A stretch of 64,000 nucleotides of DNA from an uncultured Mageeibacillus sp. (GCA_964486135.1 CAZAKT010000001.1:18631-82630), one strand, 5' to 3'; counted from the first letter of the stretch, positions 37,171 through 48,517 are shown. Numbers and translations are program-made. The notes: a model not told the origin generated them from the letters alone.

Positions 37171-37765
37171 CAGGCTTCCGGAATCCAGGGAGAACTGGCA
37201 GGTCTTTGTCGATAAATGCATGAATTGCCGATCCTGCGGCCTGGCTGAATCAAGGCAGAATGTAGTCATTTGGCGAGGTGGTATCAGAGCCCCCCTCATG
37301 ATCCTGGGGGAAGGGCCCGGCGCCGATGAGGACCGGCAGGGGATCCCCTTCGTCGGCCGGTCCGGAAAATTGCTGGACCTTCTCCTGAAGGCCTTTGGCT
37401 TCAAGGAGGAAGACTACCACATCTGCAATATCGTCAAGTGCCGTCCACCGGGCAACCGGGTGCCGACACGTGAGGAAGCCGTTGCTTGCCGGCCCCTTCT
37501 CAAGGAACAGATGCAGACCGTAAGGCCGGCGGTCTACCTTCTCATGGGGGCGACGGCCTACCGCTACTTCACCGGTGCGGAAGAGGGGATAAGCAAGGCC
37601 CGGGGAAATTGGACCGTCTCCAACGGCTGTCACGTCCTGCCAACCTTCCATCCGGCTTACGTCTTGCGTGATCCTTCGAAAAAAACACTCTTGTGGCAGG
37701 ATTTTGCCTCAGTGAGGAAAAAGCTGGAAGAACTTGACTTGCTCAGCCCCCTCCAAAAAGAATGA
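37163..37765 (+). CDS. Uracil-DNA glycosylase, family 4 (Fe-S type)
   Basis: It has 'CMNCRSCGL', '[26 protein letters not shown]' and 'HPAYVLR'. Confidence 0.85.
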   Translation: MTDRLPESRENWQVFVDKCMNCRSCGLAESRQNVVIWRGGIRAPLMILGEGPGADEDRQGIPFVGRSGKLLDLLLKAFGFKEEDYHICNIVKCRPPGNRVPTREEAVACRPLLKEQMQTVRPAVYLLMGATAYRYFTGAEEGISKARGNWTVSNGCHVLPTFHPAYVLRDPSKKTLLWQDFASVRKKLEELDLLSPLQKE

Positions 37766-39783
37766 CCATGGAAAAACTGCCGGGATCCTTCAGCCTCAGA
37801 ACCGATATGACCCCCAAGGGCGATCAGCCGGAGGCCATTGACCAGCTGGTCCATGGCATTGAAAGAGGGGATCGCGGCCAAACCCTTCTGGGCGTTACGG
37901 GATCGGGCAAGACCTTCACCATGGCCAGTGTCATTGAAAAAACCCAGAGGCCAGCCCTGGTCATAGCCCATAACAAGACATTGGCCGGCCAGCTTTGTGC
38001 CGAATTCATGGCCCTCTTTCCCGATAATGCCGTCGAATACTTCGTCAGCTACTACGATTATTATCAACCGGAGGCCTACCTGCCGACGCGGGACCTCTAC
38101 ATCGAAAAGGATTCCTCCATCAATGATGAGATAGACCGGCTCCGTCACAAGGCGACCTCATCCCTGCTCGAGCGCCGGGATGTCATTGTGGTCGCCTCCG
38201 TATCCTGTATTTATGGACTGGGCGACCCTGACGACTACAGGAATCTCATGGTGAGCGTCCGCCCGGGCATGACAAGAAGCCGAGACGCCATCATTGCCGA
38301 CCTGGTCGGGATCCAGTATGTGCGAAATGACTTTGAGCTGAAGCGTGGTACTTTCCGGGTCCGGGGTGACACCTTGGATATTTTCCCTGCCTCGGAAGAG
38401 AATACCCTGACACGTATCCAGTTCTTTGGCGATGAGGTCGAGGAGATCCGGGAGATTGACGCCATTACGGGCAGATCGATTACAGGACGGAATTATGTCG
38501 CCATCTTCCCTGCCAGCCATTACGCGACGACCCGGGAAAAAATGAAAAGGGCCGTCATTTCAATAGGGGCGGAGTTGGAGGAGAGGCTGGACTGGTTCAG
38601 GAAAGAGGGCAGGCTGGTTGAGGCCTATCGGCTTGAGCAGCGGACCCGCTACGACATGGAGATGATGTTGGAGACAGGTTTTTGCAAGGGGATCGAAAAC
38701 TATTCCAGACATCTGACGGGGCGCACGGAAGGCCAGCCCCCCTTTACCCTCATGGACTTTTTCCCTGATGATTACTTGCTTCTTATCGACGAATCCCATG
38801 TTACCGTCCCCCAGATCGGCGCCATGATCCGCGGTGACCGATCCCGCAAGGAGTCTCTGGTTGAATACGGTTTTCGCCTGCCTTCGGCCTTTGATAACAG
38901 GCCCTTGAGTTTTGAGGAATTCAAGGAAAGGGCCGGGCAGACCCTCTATGTGTCGGCCACACCCGCCGCCTATGAGTTGGAGGAATCGGTCCAGATCGTT
39001 GAGCAGATCATCAGGCCGACAGGGCTGGTTGATCCGCTTGTCTACGTCCGGCCCGTCGAAAACCAGATTGAGGACCTCCTGGCGGAGATAAGGGCGACAA
39101 CAGAGAGGGGGGAGCGCACCCTGGTGCTTACCCTGACCAAGCGTATGGCCGAAGACCTGGCGGACTTCTTCAAGGAGGAGAAACTGAAGGTGGAGTATCT
39201 CCACTCAGATATCGCCACGGTGGAGCGTCTGGAGATCTTGAGAAAACTTCGAAAAGGTGATTTCGATGTCCTGGTTGGCATCAATCTCCTGCGGGAGGGT
39301 TTGGATCTTCCGGAAGTTTCCCTGATCGCCATCCTGGATGCCGACAAGGAAGGATTTTTACGCTCAACAAGTTCCCTGGTCCAGATCATCGGCCGGGCCG
39401 CCCGGAATGTCAACGGCCGGGTCATCCTGTACGCGGACGAGGTGACGGCTTCCATGGAGCGGGCTATCCGGGAGACCAACAGGCGGCGGGAGATACAAAG
39501 CGCCTACAATCAGGCCCACGGCATCACGCCGACCAGCATTAAAAAAGAAATCCGTGACCTGATCGACACCTCCTTTGAACTGGTGGCCGATGAGCCGCTG
39601 GAGACAAGCGACGATATAGAGCGCTATGACAGGGAGCTTTCAAAACTCTCCTATACCGATCTGCAAAAGCGGGCCAAACGGATAGAAAAAGAAATGAACC
39701 AGGCTTCCCGCCGTCTGGATTTCGAACTGGCAGCCCTTCTTCGCGATCAGTTGATCCTGATTCGCGGCCATCTTTCCGTCTGA
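37762..39783 (+). CDS. uvrB: Excinuclease ABC subunit B
   Basis: It has '[14 protein letters not shown]', '[10 protein letters not shown]', 'DESHVTVPQ', and a C-terminal UVR motif '[11 protein letters not shown]'. Confidence 0.95.
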   Translation: MTMEKLPGSFSLRTDMTPKGDQPEAIDQLVHGIERGDRGQTLLGVTGSGKTFTMASVIEKTQRPALVIAHNKTLAGQLCAEFMALFPDNAVEYFVSYYDYYQPEAYLPTRDLYIEKDSSINDEIDRLRHKATSSLLERRDVIVVASVSCIYGLGDPDDYRNLMVSVRPGMTRSRDAIIADLVGIQYVRNDFELKRGTFRVRGDTLDIFPASEENTLTRIQFFGDEVEEIREIDAITGRSITGRNYVAIFPASHYATTREKMKRAVISIGAELEERLDWFRKEGRLVEAYRLEQRTRYDMEMMLETGFCKGIENYSRHLTGRTEGQPPFTLMDFFPDDYLLLIDESHVTVPQIGAMIRGDRSRKESLVEYGFRLPSAFDNRPLSFEEFKERAGQTLYVSATPAAYELEESVQIVEQIIRPTGLVDPLVYVRPVENQIEDLLAEIRATTERGERTLVLTLTKRMAEDLADFFKEEKLKVEYLHSDIATVERLEILRKLRKGDFDVLVGINLLREGLDLPEVSLIAILDADKEGFLRSTSSLVQIIGRAARNVNGRVILYADEVTASMERAIRETNRRREIQSAYNQAHGITPTSIKKEIRDLIDTSFELVADEPLETSDDIERYDRELSKLSYTDLQKRAKRIEKEMNQASRRLDFELAALLRDQLILIRGHLSV

Positions 39784-39810
39784 TTATCCTGGGGAAGCCC
39801 CCTTCATTTG

Positions 39811-39838
39811 TTGCCGAAACAGCCGCTTATGCTAGACT
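39811..39838 (+). promoter_or_regulatory. Candidate promoter upstream of the phosphoglucomutase gene (TTGCCG-16 nt-TAGACT)
   Basis: This is a sequence match only. A 21-bp palindrome starts inside its -10 element (see findings). Confidence 0.3.
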
Positions 39839-39878
39839 TGTTTTACGGTAAAACAAGGTCTATTTCAAGGAGTTCACC

Positions 39879-41633
39879 ATGTCAAAAACACGCGCGCAAA
39901 CCAGCTATGAAAATTGGATTTCCAACCCCAAAATGGATGAAGTGACGCTTTCGGAATTGGTCGCCATAGCCGATGACCGGGAGGAAATCGAGGATCGCTT
40001 CTACCAGGAATTGCAGTTCGGAACAGCCGGGCTCAGGGGCATCATGGGGGCGGGCACCAACAGGATGAACCGCTATACGGTGGCCCGCGCGGCAGAAGGT
40101 TTTGCCCTCCACCTGAGGAGCCTGGGCGGGGAGGCCTGCCGCAGGGGAATCGCTATTTCCTATGACTCCCGGAACAGGTCCAGGGAGTTCGCGGAACTGG
40201 CGGCCTCGGTTTTCATCACCCAGGGCTTGACCGTCCATTTTTCCGATGAGCTCCGCCCTGTACCCATGCTCTCCTTTGCCATCCGGCATTTTGATTGCGC
40301 CGGCGGCATTATGATGACGGCCAGCCATAACCCCAAGCAATACAATGGATTCAAGGCCTATGGCGACGACGGGGCCCAGCTGGGCCCGGAAGAGGCGGAT
40401 CAGGTGGCGGCCAGGATGGAGACCGTGACAGATCTGACCGGTGTCCTGGAAAAAACCTTGTCCTTTGAGGAAGCCAGCCGGTCCCCCCTCTTCCATTTAA
40501 TGGGGGAAGACCTGGATCGGGTCTACGATGACTCCCTTCTGGACCTGACCTTGAACGGCAGCCTGGTGAGGGAACAGGCCGACCTGCCCATCGTTTACTC
40601 GCCCTTTAACGGGACAGGTAACAAGCCAGTCCGCCGGATCTTGAAAAAACACGGTTTCAGACAGGTTCAGGTGGTTGCGGAACAGGAATTGCCGGACGGC
40701 AATTTCCCCACAACCCCCACCCCCAACCCCGAGCTTCCCGAAACCCTCGAACTTGCCTTGGCACAGGCGAAGGAAGCTGGCGCTGATCTTGTCTTGGCGA
40801 CCGACCCGGATGCTGACCGGACTGGGGTAGCCCTCCGGAGGAAAGACGGCTCTTTCCTCCTCCTGTCAGGGAATGAGATCGGCCTGCTCCTTATGGACTA
40901 TATTCTGGGGACCAAGGCCGGCCGGGGTGAACTGCCTCCGGCTTCCTTCTGCGTGTCGACCGTGGTCTCCTCACGGCTGACGCGGGCCATATCGGACCAT
41001 TATGGAACGGATCTCTACCTTACGCTTACAGGTTTCAAGCATATTGCAGCTGAAATATTTAAGCAGGGTGACCTTGCCGGGGGTAGCTTCCAGTTCGGTT
41101 ACGAGGAGAGCTTCGGCTACCTCCTGGGCCGGAATGTCCGGGATAAGGACGCCGTGGTCACCTGCCTCATGGTGGCGGAGATGGCGGCCGTATCGGCGGC
41201 TGCAGGGGAGACCCTGATAGACAGGTTGGACCGCCTCTACGGGAAATACGGCCACGCCGCCGAAAACACCATCTCCATCATCCGGGAGGGGAAGACCGGG
41301 CTTGAGAAGATCGCGAGCACCATGAGTGCCCTCCGTGAACGACCCTTGGAAGGCTTTGAGACACTTGGGGTCGAGTCACTGTCCGATTTCCAGGAGGGCC
41401 GGATAAGCTATGTCAAGACAGGTCGGGAGGAAGAACTCGATTATCCCTCAAGCAATGTCCTCCTCTACCAGCTGGAGGGGCTCGATTTTATGTGTATCAG
41501 GCCCTCGGGAACCGAGCCCAAGATCAAAATCTACCTTGGCTGCTATGGCCAGGACCCGGAAGAATGCCAGGCGCGTGAGAAGGAATTTGAGGCCAGGGTC
41601 CTGGAGCGGGTGAACAAGCTGCTCGAAGGCTAG
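39879..41633 (+). CDS. Phospho-sugar mutase (alpha-phosphoglucomutase/phosphomannomutase, PgcA-like)
   Basis: The active-site Ser loop is 'TASHNPKQYNGFK' and the Mg site is 'ATDPDADR'. At 584 aa the size matches PgcA-type enzymes. Confidence 0.85.
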   Translation: MSKTRAQTSYENWISNPKMDEVTLSELVAIADDREEIEDRFYQELQFGTAGLRGIMGAGTNRMNRYTVARAAEGFALHLRSLGGEACRRGIAISYDSRNRSREFAELAASVFITQGLTVHFSDELRPVPMLSFAIRHFDCAGGIMMTASHNPKQYNGFKAYGDDGAQLGPEEADQVAARMETVTDLTGVLEKTLSFEEASRSPLFHLMGEDLDRVYDDSLLDLTLNGSLVREQADLPIVYSPFNGTGNKPVRRILKKHGFRQVQVVAEQELPDGNFPTTPTPNPELPETLELALAQAKEAGADLVLATDPDADRTGVALRRKDGSFLLLSGNEIGLLLMDYILGTKAGRGELPPASFCVSTVVSSRLTRAISDHYGTDLYLTLTGFKHIAAEIFKQGDLAGGSFQFGYEESFGYLLGRNVRDKDAVVTCLMVAEMAAVSAAAGETLIDRLDRLYGKYGHAAENTISIIREGKTGLEKIASTMSALRERPLEGFETLGVESLSDFQEGRISYVKTGREEELDYPSSNVLLYQLEGLDFMCIRPSGTEPKIKIYLGCYGQDPEECQAREKEFEARVLERVNKLLEG

Positions 41634-41657
41634 GCTGGATGGATCGACTGAGGAATC

Positions 41658-44600
41658 ATGGCTTTTACACATCTTCACTTACATACGGAATACAGCCTGC
41701 TTGACGGCGCCAACAGGATCAAGGAGCTGCCCGACCGCTTGAAAGAGCTGGGAATGGACGCCTGTGCCATCACCGATCATGGGGCCATGTATGGGGTCCT
41801 CGATTTCTATCGGACCATGAAGAAGAAGGGTATCCACCCCATCATCGGCTGTGAGGTTTATGTGGCGCCAAGAAGCCATCGGGAAAAGGAGGGCGCCCTG
41901 GACCGGGAACCCCACCACCTCATATTGCTGGCTGAAAATAATGTGGGCTATCACAACCTTGTCAAGCTGGTGTCAGCCGGTTTCGTCCAGGGTTTCTATT
42001 ACAGGCCCCGGGTCGACAAGGAACTCCTGAGAGAGCACCAGGAGGGCTTGATCGCCCTGTCGGCCTGTCTGTCAGGGGAAGTGCCCCGCTTCATCCTGGA
42101 GGGTCAGCGTGAAAAGGCGGTCGAGGCGGCGCTGGAGCACAGGGACCTGTTCGGGCCTGGTAACTATTTCCTGGAAATACAGGGGAATGGCCTGGCTGAT
42201 CAGGCAAGCGTCAATGCCGAGCTGATCAGGATCAGCCGCGAGACGGGGATTCCACTGGTTGCCACCAATGATTGCCATTATCTCTTCCAGGAAGACGCCT
42301 TTGCCCACGATGTTCTCCTTTGCATGCAAACGGGCAAGACCATCAATTCACCCGACAGGATGCGCATGGAGACGGATACCCTCTATGTCCGATCACCCCA
42401 GGAGATGGAAGAGCTTTTCGCCAATGTGCCCGAGGCCCTGGAAAATACGGAAAAGATCGCCAAACGCTGCCAGGTTGACTTAAAAACCGGTGATATCTCC
42501 CTCCCCCATTTTGAGACGGTGGGCGGGGAGACGGCGGAAGCCATGCTGAAACGGCTCTGCTATGAGGGTCTTGAGAAGCGGCTCACTCAACGGGAAACGG
42601 GGATCGGGCGGGAAGTCTATGAGGACCGGCTGGAGAAGGAATTGTCCGTCATCAACAGCATGGGTTACACGGACTATTATCTGATTGTCTGGGACTTCAT
42701 CCGATTCGCCCATGAGCGCAAGATCATGGTTGGACCGGGCCGGGGCTCCGGCGCCGCCTCCCTGGCCGCCTATACCCTTTTCATTACCGATATTGATCCC
42801 TTGAAGTATGACCTCCTTTTCGAACGCTTCCTGAATAAGGAACGGGTCAGCATGCCGGATTTCGATATCGATTTCTGTTACGAGCGACGGGGCGAAGTCA
42901 TCGATTACGTGACAGAAAAATATGGGGAGGAACAGGTCTGCCAGGTCATTACCTTTGGTACCCTGGCGGCACGTGCCGTCATCCGTGATGTGGGACGGGC
43001 CCTGGATGTCTCCTATGCCGAGACGGACAGGATTGCCAAGATGGTGCCCAACCTGCTCAAGATGACGATTGATCTGGCGCTTGAGATGAACCCCGACCTG
43101 CGCAGTCTCTATGAAGAGGACGAGAATACCCGCCGTATCATCGACCTGGCCCGGCGCTTCGAGGGCATGCCCAGACATGCCTCCACGCATGCGGCCGGGG
43201 TCATCATCGCTGGTAAGCCGGTCTGCGAGATCGCCCCTCTGTCGAGAAATGAAGACCTGGTCGTGGTCCAGTTCACCAAGGACGATATCGAGGATGTGGG
43301 ACTCCTGAAATTCGATTTTCTCGGGCTCCGGACCCTGACCGTGCTCCAGGAGACCTCCAGGCTTGTTGAGGAAAAAACCGGCCAAGGCATCGACTTTGAA
43401 ACCATGACCTATGACGATCCCCAGGTCTACAAGATGATCAGCCGGGGGGATACCGAGGCCGTCTTTCAACTTGAGGGCGGAGGTATGACCCAGTTCCTGA
43501 AGGAGCTCCAACCCGAGTCATTCGAGGATATTATCGCCGGTGTCGCCCTCTTCCGGCCCGGCCCCATGGAGCAGATCCCCCGCTATGTGGGGGCCCGGCA
43601 TGACCCGAAAAAGATCCGCTATGACTGGCCCCTCCTCGAGCCCATCCTCAAGGTGACCTATGGCGTCATTGTCTATCAGGAACAGGTTATCCGCATCGTC
43701 CGCGACTTGGCCGGCTTTTCGCTTGCCCAGGCGGATAATGTCCGCCGGGCCATGGGCAAAAAGGATGAGTCGCTCCTTCAAAGCTACCGGAAGCTGTTTA
43801 TTGAAGGCGGAGTCGATGAAAACGGGGTAGCCGTGGAGGGCGCCATGGCAAACGGCCTGCCCCGCAAGGTGGCGGAGAAGTTGTTTGATGACATCCACGC
43901 CTTTGCAGGATACGCCTTCAACAAGGCGCACGCGGCCTCCTATGCTGCCGTCGCCTACTACACGGCCTGGTGCAAATACTACTTCCCCGTCGAGTATATG
44001 GCGGCTATCCTGAACTCGCACCTGGGGGATCTTGACAAGGCTGAGCGCTATGTGCGCGTTTCCCATGCCATGGGGGTCGAGGTCCTGCCCCCGGACATCA
44101 ACAGGAGTGGTCCGCGTTTTCAACCCGAGGGCAAGGCTATCCGCTTTGGCCTGGGGGCTGTCAAGAATGTGGGGAAGGACGCCATCTCGGCCCTGGTCGG
44201 GGAACGGGAGCAAGGGGGCCCATTCTCGACCTACGGTGACTTTTTGCGCCGGATGTGTGACCTCTCTTTCAACAGGAAGATGATAGAGAGTCTTATCCGT
44301 TCATCTGCTTGTGATTCTTTTGGTGTCGGCCGTTCAAAGATGGTGGCGGTCATCGATCCCTTCTGCAACAGTATCCTGTCCGCGAAAAAAGGAGTAATGG
44401 AGGGTCAGCTCTCCCTCTTCGATTTTTCGGATGACCTGGCTCTGACAAGGAAGGAGGAACCCGATTACCCCAATGTACCTGAATTCCCACCGCTGGAGCG
44501 CCTGACCATGGAAAAAGAAATGACGGGCCTTTACGTGACGGGGCACCCGCTATCCTCCTACCGGGAGGCGCTCGACGCCCTCCCGCTTACACTGAGCAGT

Positions 44601-45314
44601 GACTTCAGGCCGGATCAGGGGAGTGACCCGGCCGGACTGGGGGAATTGCAGGGGGAGGGGACCCTCCGACCCCAGCCTGCTGACCGCGAACGGCATGTTA
44701 TGGCTGGCCTTGTCATCGAGAGGCGGGATCTCTTTACCAGGAACAACGATCGCATGGCCTTCATTACACTTGAGGATGACGGTGGCAGTTGGGAAGCTAT
44801 TCTCTTCCCCAGGACTTACGAGGCATTCCATCACCTGCTTGACAACACCAGCGCCCTGGTCCTGGGCGGTTCGCTCGATCTGCGTGAGGAGGATCCCAAG
44901 CTCCTGGTTGATGTTATGGCGCCGCTGGACCCGGATATGAGGGTCCTTCCCCCGGAGTTCGAGGAAGCTGCCAAGAAGAGAAGGCCTCGTCGTAACGGGA
45001 ATGGAAGACCTGCCAGGACGTCCTCTGTTCAGGGGACAAAAAAACAGGTGGCCGAAGTTGCCGACCGGGATGAACCGGCGCCGGCCACGCCCGGATTCCT
45101 TGTGATCAGGATCCCTTCCGACGCAGGCAGCGACTATCTGGATTCGCTCTATGCGGCCCTCGCCTACTTCCCGGGCAGGATACCTGTCCGCCTCTTCCAC
45201 GAGGGAAAGGGCCATTTCCTGGAGGCCAGGGATCTGCCCTCCATAGAGTGGAATGAAAAAACCGCCGCCTTGCTCATGGACCGCTTTGGCCCCGAGAATT
45301 TTGGTATCCTCTGA
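41658..45314 (+). CDS. dnaE: DNA polymerase III alpha subunit (DnaE type)
   Basis: The PHP domain starts 'FTHLHLHTEYSLLDG'. It also has 'PDFDIDF', 'HAAGVII' and 'FDFLGLRTLT'. It is 1218 aa. Confidence 0.95.
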   Translation: MAFTHLHLHTEYSLLDGANRIKELPDRLKELGMDACAITDHGAMYGVLDFYRTMKKKGIHPIIGCEVYVAPRSHREKEGALDREPHHLILLAENNVGYHNLVKLVSAGFVQGFYYRPRVDKELLREHQEGLIALSACLSGEVPRFILEGQREKAVEAALEHRDLFGPGNYFLEIQGNGLADQASVNAELIRISRETGIPLVATNDCHYLFQEDAFAHDVLLCMQTGKTINSPDRMRMETDTLYVRSPQEMEELFANVPEALENTEKIAKRCQVDLKTGDISLPHFETVGGETAEAMLKRLCYEGLEKRLTQRETGIGREVYEDRLEKELSVINSMGYTDYYLIVWDFIRFAHERKIMVGPGRGSGAASLAAYTLFITDIDPLKYDLLFERFLNKERVSMPDFDIDFCYERRGEVIDYVTEKYGEEQVCQVITFGTLAARAVIRDVGRALDVSYAETDRIAKMVPNLLKMTIDLALEMNPDLRSLYEEDENTRRIIDLARRFEGMPRHASTHAAGVIIAGKPVCEIAPLSRNEDLVVVQFTKDDIEDVGLLKFDFLGLRTLTVLQETSRLVEEKTGQGIDFETMTYDDPQVYKMISRGDTEAVFQLEGGGMTQFLKELQPESFEDIIAGVALFRPGPMEQIPRYVGARHDPKKIRYDWPLLEPILKVTYGVIVYQEQVIRIVRDLAGFSLAQADNVRRAMGKKDESLLQSYRKLFIEGGVDENGVAVEGAMANGLPRKVAEKLFDDIHAFAGYAFNKAHAASYAAVAYYTAWCKYYFPVEYMAAILNSHLGDLDKAERYVRVSHAMGVEVLPPDINRSGPRFQPEGKAIRFGLGAVKNVGKDAISALVGEREQGGPFSTYGDFLRRMCDLSFNRKMIESLIRSSACDSFGVGRSKMVAVIDPFCNSILSAKKGVMEGQLSLFDFSDDLALTRKEEPDYPNVPEFPPLERLTMEKEMTGLYVTGHPLSSYREALDALPLTLSSDFRPDQGSDPAGLGELQGEGTLRPQPADRERHVMAGLVIERRDLFTRNNDRMAFITLEDDGGSWEAILFPRTYEAFHHLLDNTSALVLGGSLDLREEDPKLLVDVMAPLDPDMRVLPPEFEEAAKKRRPRRNGNGRPARTSSVQGTKKQVAEVADRDEPAPATPGFLVIRIPSDAGSDYLDSLYAALAYFPGRIPVRLFHEGKGHFLEARDLPSIEWNEKTAALLMDRFGPENFGIL

Positions 45315-45425
45315 TTTCTAGAATCAGGGCCTGCTTTGTGAGACAATACATTAGTGGAGTGAGAGTTACAGCTGTCTCCGACTTGACGGGCCGGGGTTCG
45401 AAAAAGGAATGGGACAAGGTGGGGC

Positions 45426-46046
45426 ATGGACCTGGATGACCAAGAAAGAATGGACGATCCTGACAAGCGGGGGAGGATCCGCTTTGTTCTCAATGTTCCC
45501 AACATACTGACCCTGATCCGCCTTATAGCCATCGCTCCCCTGGCCATTACGCTGTCACGGTGGCCTGAACACAGGGCCGCGACAATCCTCTTGTTCCTCT
45601 TGATCTGGGCGACCGACTTTCTTGACGGCTATATCGCCAGGCGTTTCAATCTGACGACAGAGTTTGGCAAACTATTTGATCCCTTTGTAGACAAGGTCTT
45701 CCAGATAGTGACAGCCATTATGTTGTTCACGGTCGGTTTGACACCGGTCTGGGTACCCCTCTACTATGCTGCCCGGGAATCCTTCATGCTCTTCGGGAGT
45801 ACCCTCTTGTTGACCAAACGGAACATCGTTGTTTTCTCGGATCGACTGGGCAAGGTGGCCACCTTCCTCTTTGTCCTGGCCACCGTCATTATGTTTTTCT
45901 GCGGGAATACGGGAGGCTTGCTGAGGCAACTTGTCTTTATCCCCGCTGTCCTCTGTTCCTTTTTCGCGACCTTCCACTATATTTCCCAGCAAGCTGGCCT
46001 GGGCAAGGGAAAAGATGATCCGGAAGAAGACACTCAAGACGCTTGA
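45426..46046 (+). CDS. pgsA: CDP-alcohol phosphatidyltransferase (PgsA-like)
   Basis: The CDP-alcohol motif is 'DFLDGYIARRFNLTTEFGKLFDPFVDK'. It is a multi-TM protein. Confidence 0.8.
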   Translation: MDLDDQERMDDPDKRGRIRFVLNVPNILTLIRLIAIAPLAITLSRWPEHRAATILLFLLIWATDFLDGYIARRFNLTTEFGKLFDPFVDKVFQIVTAIMLFTVGLTPVWVPLYYAARESFMLFGSTLLLTKRNIVVFSDRLGKVATFLFVLATVIMFFCGNTGGLLRQLVFIPAVLCSFFATFHYISQQAGLGKGKDDPEEDTQDA

Positions 46047-48408
46047 ATATGACGCGGTGATCCGGACCCTGGCCGCATTCGCTTCAACGGCGCCCGGCCG
46101 GGCCCTCTGTGAATCCCTTTTGCCTTTTCCCTCTTTTGAGGAGGCGGAGGCGGCCCTGAACGAAACGGATGACGCGCTCCTCCGCTTGCTCAAATATGGG
46201 GAGCTTCCTCTAGGGGGTATCAACGCCATTGGCCCGGCTGTCCGGCAGGCGGAATCCGGCGCTGTCCTGGAATGCCCGGATTTCCTCCGTCTGGCCTCTT
46301 TTTTAAGGGCAGTCGAGCGTCTCCTCGACCAGGTCGCGGAGGACAAAGACTCCGGCGATCCTCTGATGATCCACGAAAAGCTAAGAAGCCTTGAAGCGCT
46401 CCCGGGTTTCAGGCGCCGGCTGGAGCAGTCGATCAAGGATGACCAGGATCTCTTTGACCAGGCCAGTGGGAAACTCCAGCAGATCAGGCAAAATTTGCGT
46501 GAAGCCCAGGCATCCGTCAAGCGTGAACTGGACCGGGTTCTGGCCAAGCAGGGAGACGCGCTCCAGGAAAATCTGATCACCTTGCGGGGGGGCCGGTATG
46601 TTGTCCCGGTCCGGTCGGACCGGAGGGGCGCCGTCCCCGGCATTGTCCACGACACCTCGTCGACGGGAAGCACACTTTTCATTGAACCCCTGGCTGTGGT
46701 TGAGCAGAATAACAGGATCCGGGAACTGGAGTCGGCGGAGAGGCACGAGATCCGAAAAATCCTGACTGAGCTTTCCGGCATTGTATCCAATCAGTCAGCT
46801 GTCTTGAGAAAAGATGCCGAGATTCTCGCGGACCTCGATTTTCTTATGGCCAAGGCCAAACTGGCTGTCCATTACGAGGCCGTCCGACCTCTCCTCAATG
46901 AGAGGGGGGTCATTGTCCTCGGTAAGGCCAGGCACCCGCTCATCGCACCTGACCGGGTCGTGCCCATTGATTTTGAGTTGGGCAGGACCTTCAATACCCT
47001 GGTCATCACAGGGCCCAACACAGGGGGGAAAACGGTGACCCTCAAAACCTGTGGTCTGCTCACCCTCATGGCCATGTCGGGCTTATTCATACCGGCAGCG
47101 CCCGGGTCGGAACTGGCCTGGTTTCGCAGGATAGAGGCCGATATCGGGGATGAGCAGAGTATTGAGCAAAATCTTTCCACCTTTTCATCCCATATGAAGG
47201 AAATCGTCAATATTACGCGGACTGCCGGGCCGGGAAGCCTGATCCTGCTTGACGAGCTGGGGGCCGGGACGGATCCCTCGGAAGGCGCGGCCCTGGCCAT
47301 CGCCATTCTCGATCATCTCAAGGCTTCCGGCAGCCATACGGTGGCGACCACCCATTACCGGGAGTTGAAGGGTTATGCCCTGAACGAGCCCGGGGTCGAA
47401 AATGCCTGCTGTGAGTTTGATACCGATAGCTTGCAGCCGACCTACAGACTCCTGATCGGTGTCCCCGGCGTGAGCAATGCCTTTGTCATATCGGGCAAGC
47501 TGGGTCTTTCACCCAAAATCATCGACAGCGCCCGGGCCCTGATCTCGGAAGAGGGGACGCGTTTTGAGGATTTGGTCTCGGCCATAGAACAAAGCCATCG
47601 GGAAGCCCGGGCCATGGAGGCCCGGATAGAAAAACTCCGGGAGGAAACGGACCGGACGAGTGAAAGACTGGAGGCCGAGCGCCATAAGCTGGAGAATGAG
47701 CGGGCCGGCATCCTGGAACAGGCGAGGGCCGAAGCCTCAAAAATTGTCCATGAGGCCAGGGAAGAGGTCGATCGTTTTCTGGAAGAGACGCGCAAGGAAG
47801 CAGCCGGTTCTTCAGGGGCCGACCACAGGATCAGGTCCGAGGCGCGTGGCCGGCTGGCGGCCATGGGGAAAAAATATCCCCTAAGCCGGATGCGGAAGGA
47901 TTCCTCGACCGGTGGCCCGCTCAAGCCGGAGGATATTGAGCTGGGCGGTCACTATCATCTGCCCTCCCTGGGCGTCTCGGGAATCGTCCGGGAGGGACCG
48001 GATTCAAAAAACCAGGTCCTGGTGGAGGCTGGGTCCTTCCGGGTCTCCGTGCCGGTCAGTGAATTGAGGCAGGCCGGTAAGAGGCAGGCGGACAAGCGGA
48101 GGGAATCGAGTCGCCCTGTGGCCGGCCCGTCGGCACTTCGTTCCGACCTGATCCTGCGGGCAGGTGGCGAACTTATGCTTTTGGGGAAGCGGGTGGACGA
48201 GGCGGTTGGTCTGATCGACCTTTTCCTGGACCAGGCCCTCTTGGCCGGTCTGTCTCCCGTCCGGATCGTGCACGGCAAAGGCACCGGTGCCTTGCGTAAA
48301 GCGACCCAGGATTTTCTTGCGAGGGATAAACGGGTTCACACTTTCCGGGCCGGGGGAGAGGGCGAGGGTGGCGATGGCGTCACCGTGGCGGAACTGAATC
48401 TTTCCTGA
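46015..48408 (+). CDS. mutS2: Endonuclease MutS2 (MutS domain + C-terminal Smr)
   Basis: It starts 'KTLKTLEYDAVI' and has Walker A 'ITGPNTGGKT', 'LLDELGAGTDP', and the Smr domain 'LLGKRVDEA...VRIVHGKGTGALR'. ATG 46015 was chosen over the 45931 extension. Confidence 0.92.
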   Translation: MIRKKTLKTLEYDAVIRTLAAFASTAPGRALCESLLPFPSFEEAEAALNETDDALLRLLKYGELPLGGINAIGPAVRQAESGAVLECPDFLRLASFLRAVERLLDQVAEDKDSGDPLMIHEKLRSLEALPGFRRRLEQSIKDDQDLFDQASGKLQQIRQNLREAQASVKRELDRVLAKQGDALQENLITLRGGRYVVPVRSDRRGAVPGIVHDTSSTGSTLFIEPLAVVEQNNRIRELESAERHEIRKILTELSGIVSNQSAVLRKDAEILADLDFLMAKAKLAVHYEAVRPLLNERGVIVLGKARHPLIAPDRVVPIDFELGRTFNTLVITGPNTGGKTVTLKTCGLLTLMAMSGLFIPAAPGSELAWFRRIEADIGDEQSIEQNLSTFSSHMKEIVNITRTAGPGSLILLDELGAGTDPSEGAALAIAILDHLKASGSHTVATTHYRELKGYALNEPGVENACCEFDTDSLQPTYRLLIGVPGVSNAFVISGKLGLSPKIIDSARALISEEGTRFEDLVSAIEQSHREARAMEARIEKLREETDRTSERLEAERHKLENERAGILEQARAEASKIVHEAREEVDRFLEETRKEAAGSSGADHRIRSEARGRLAAMGKKYPLSRMRKDSSTGGPLKPEDIELGGHYHLPSLGVSGIVREGPDSKNQVLVEAGSFRVSVPVSELRQAGKRQADKRRESSRPVAGPSALRSDLILRAGGELMLLGKRVDEAVGLIDLFLDQALLAGLSPVRIVHGKGTGALRKATQDFLARDKRVHTFRAGGEGEGGDGVTVAELNLS

Positions 48409-48517
48409 TCCATCATGTATAATGATGACAGGATGATTTTCGATTTTCATCCTTGCTCCATCCGCCACGGCGATAAGATGGTTGCCGTATTTGGTTAATC
48501 AGGGAGTGACGGGCGAT

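Noticed and set aside
39837-39857. Calling the palindrome upstream of the phosphoglucomutase gene a CcpA cre site.
   Set aside because: Its length and sequence (TTGTTTTACGGTAAAACAA) do not fit TGWAANCGNTNWCA. It is retained only as an unassigned operator candidate.
45315-45425. A 'GGTTCGAA' T-loop-like string and a GAGACA/TGTCTC hairpin after dnaE, considered as a possible small RNA or tRNA fragment.
   Set aside because: No acceptor or anticodon stems can be built around it. The stem is only 6 bp with a 27-nt loop. This is insufficient for any RNA gene call.
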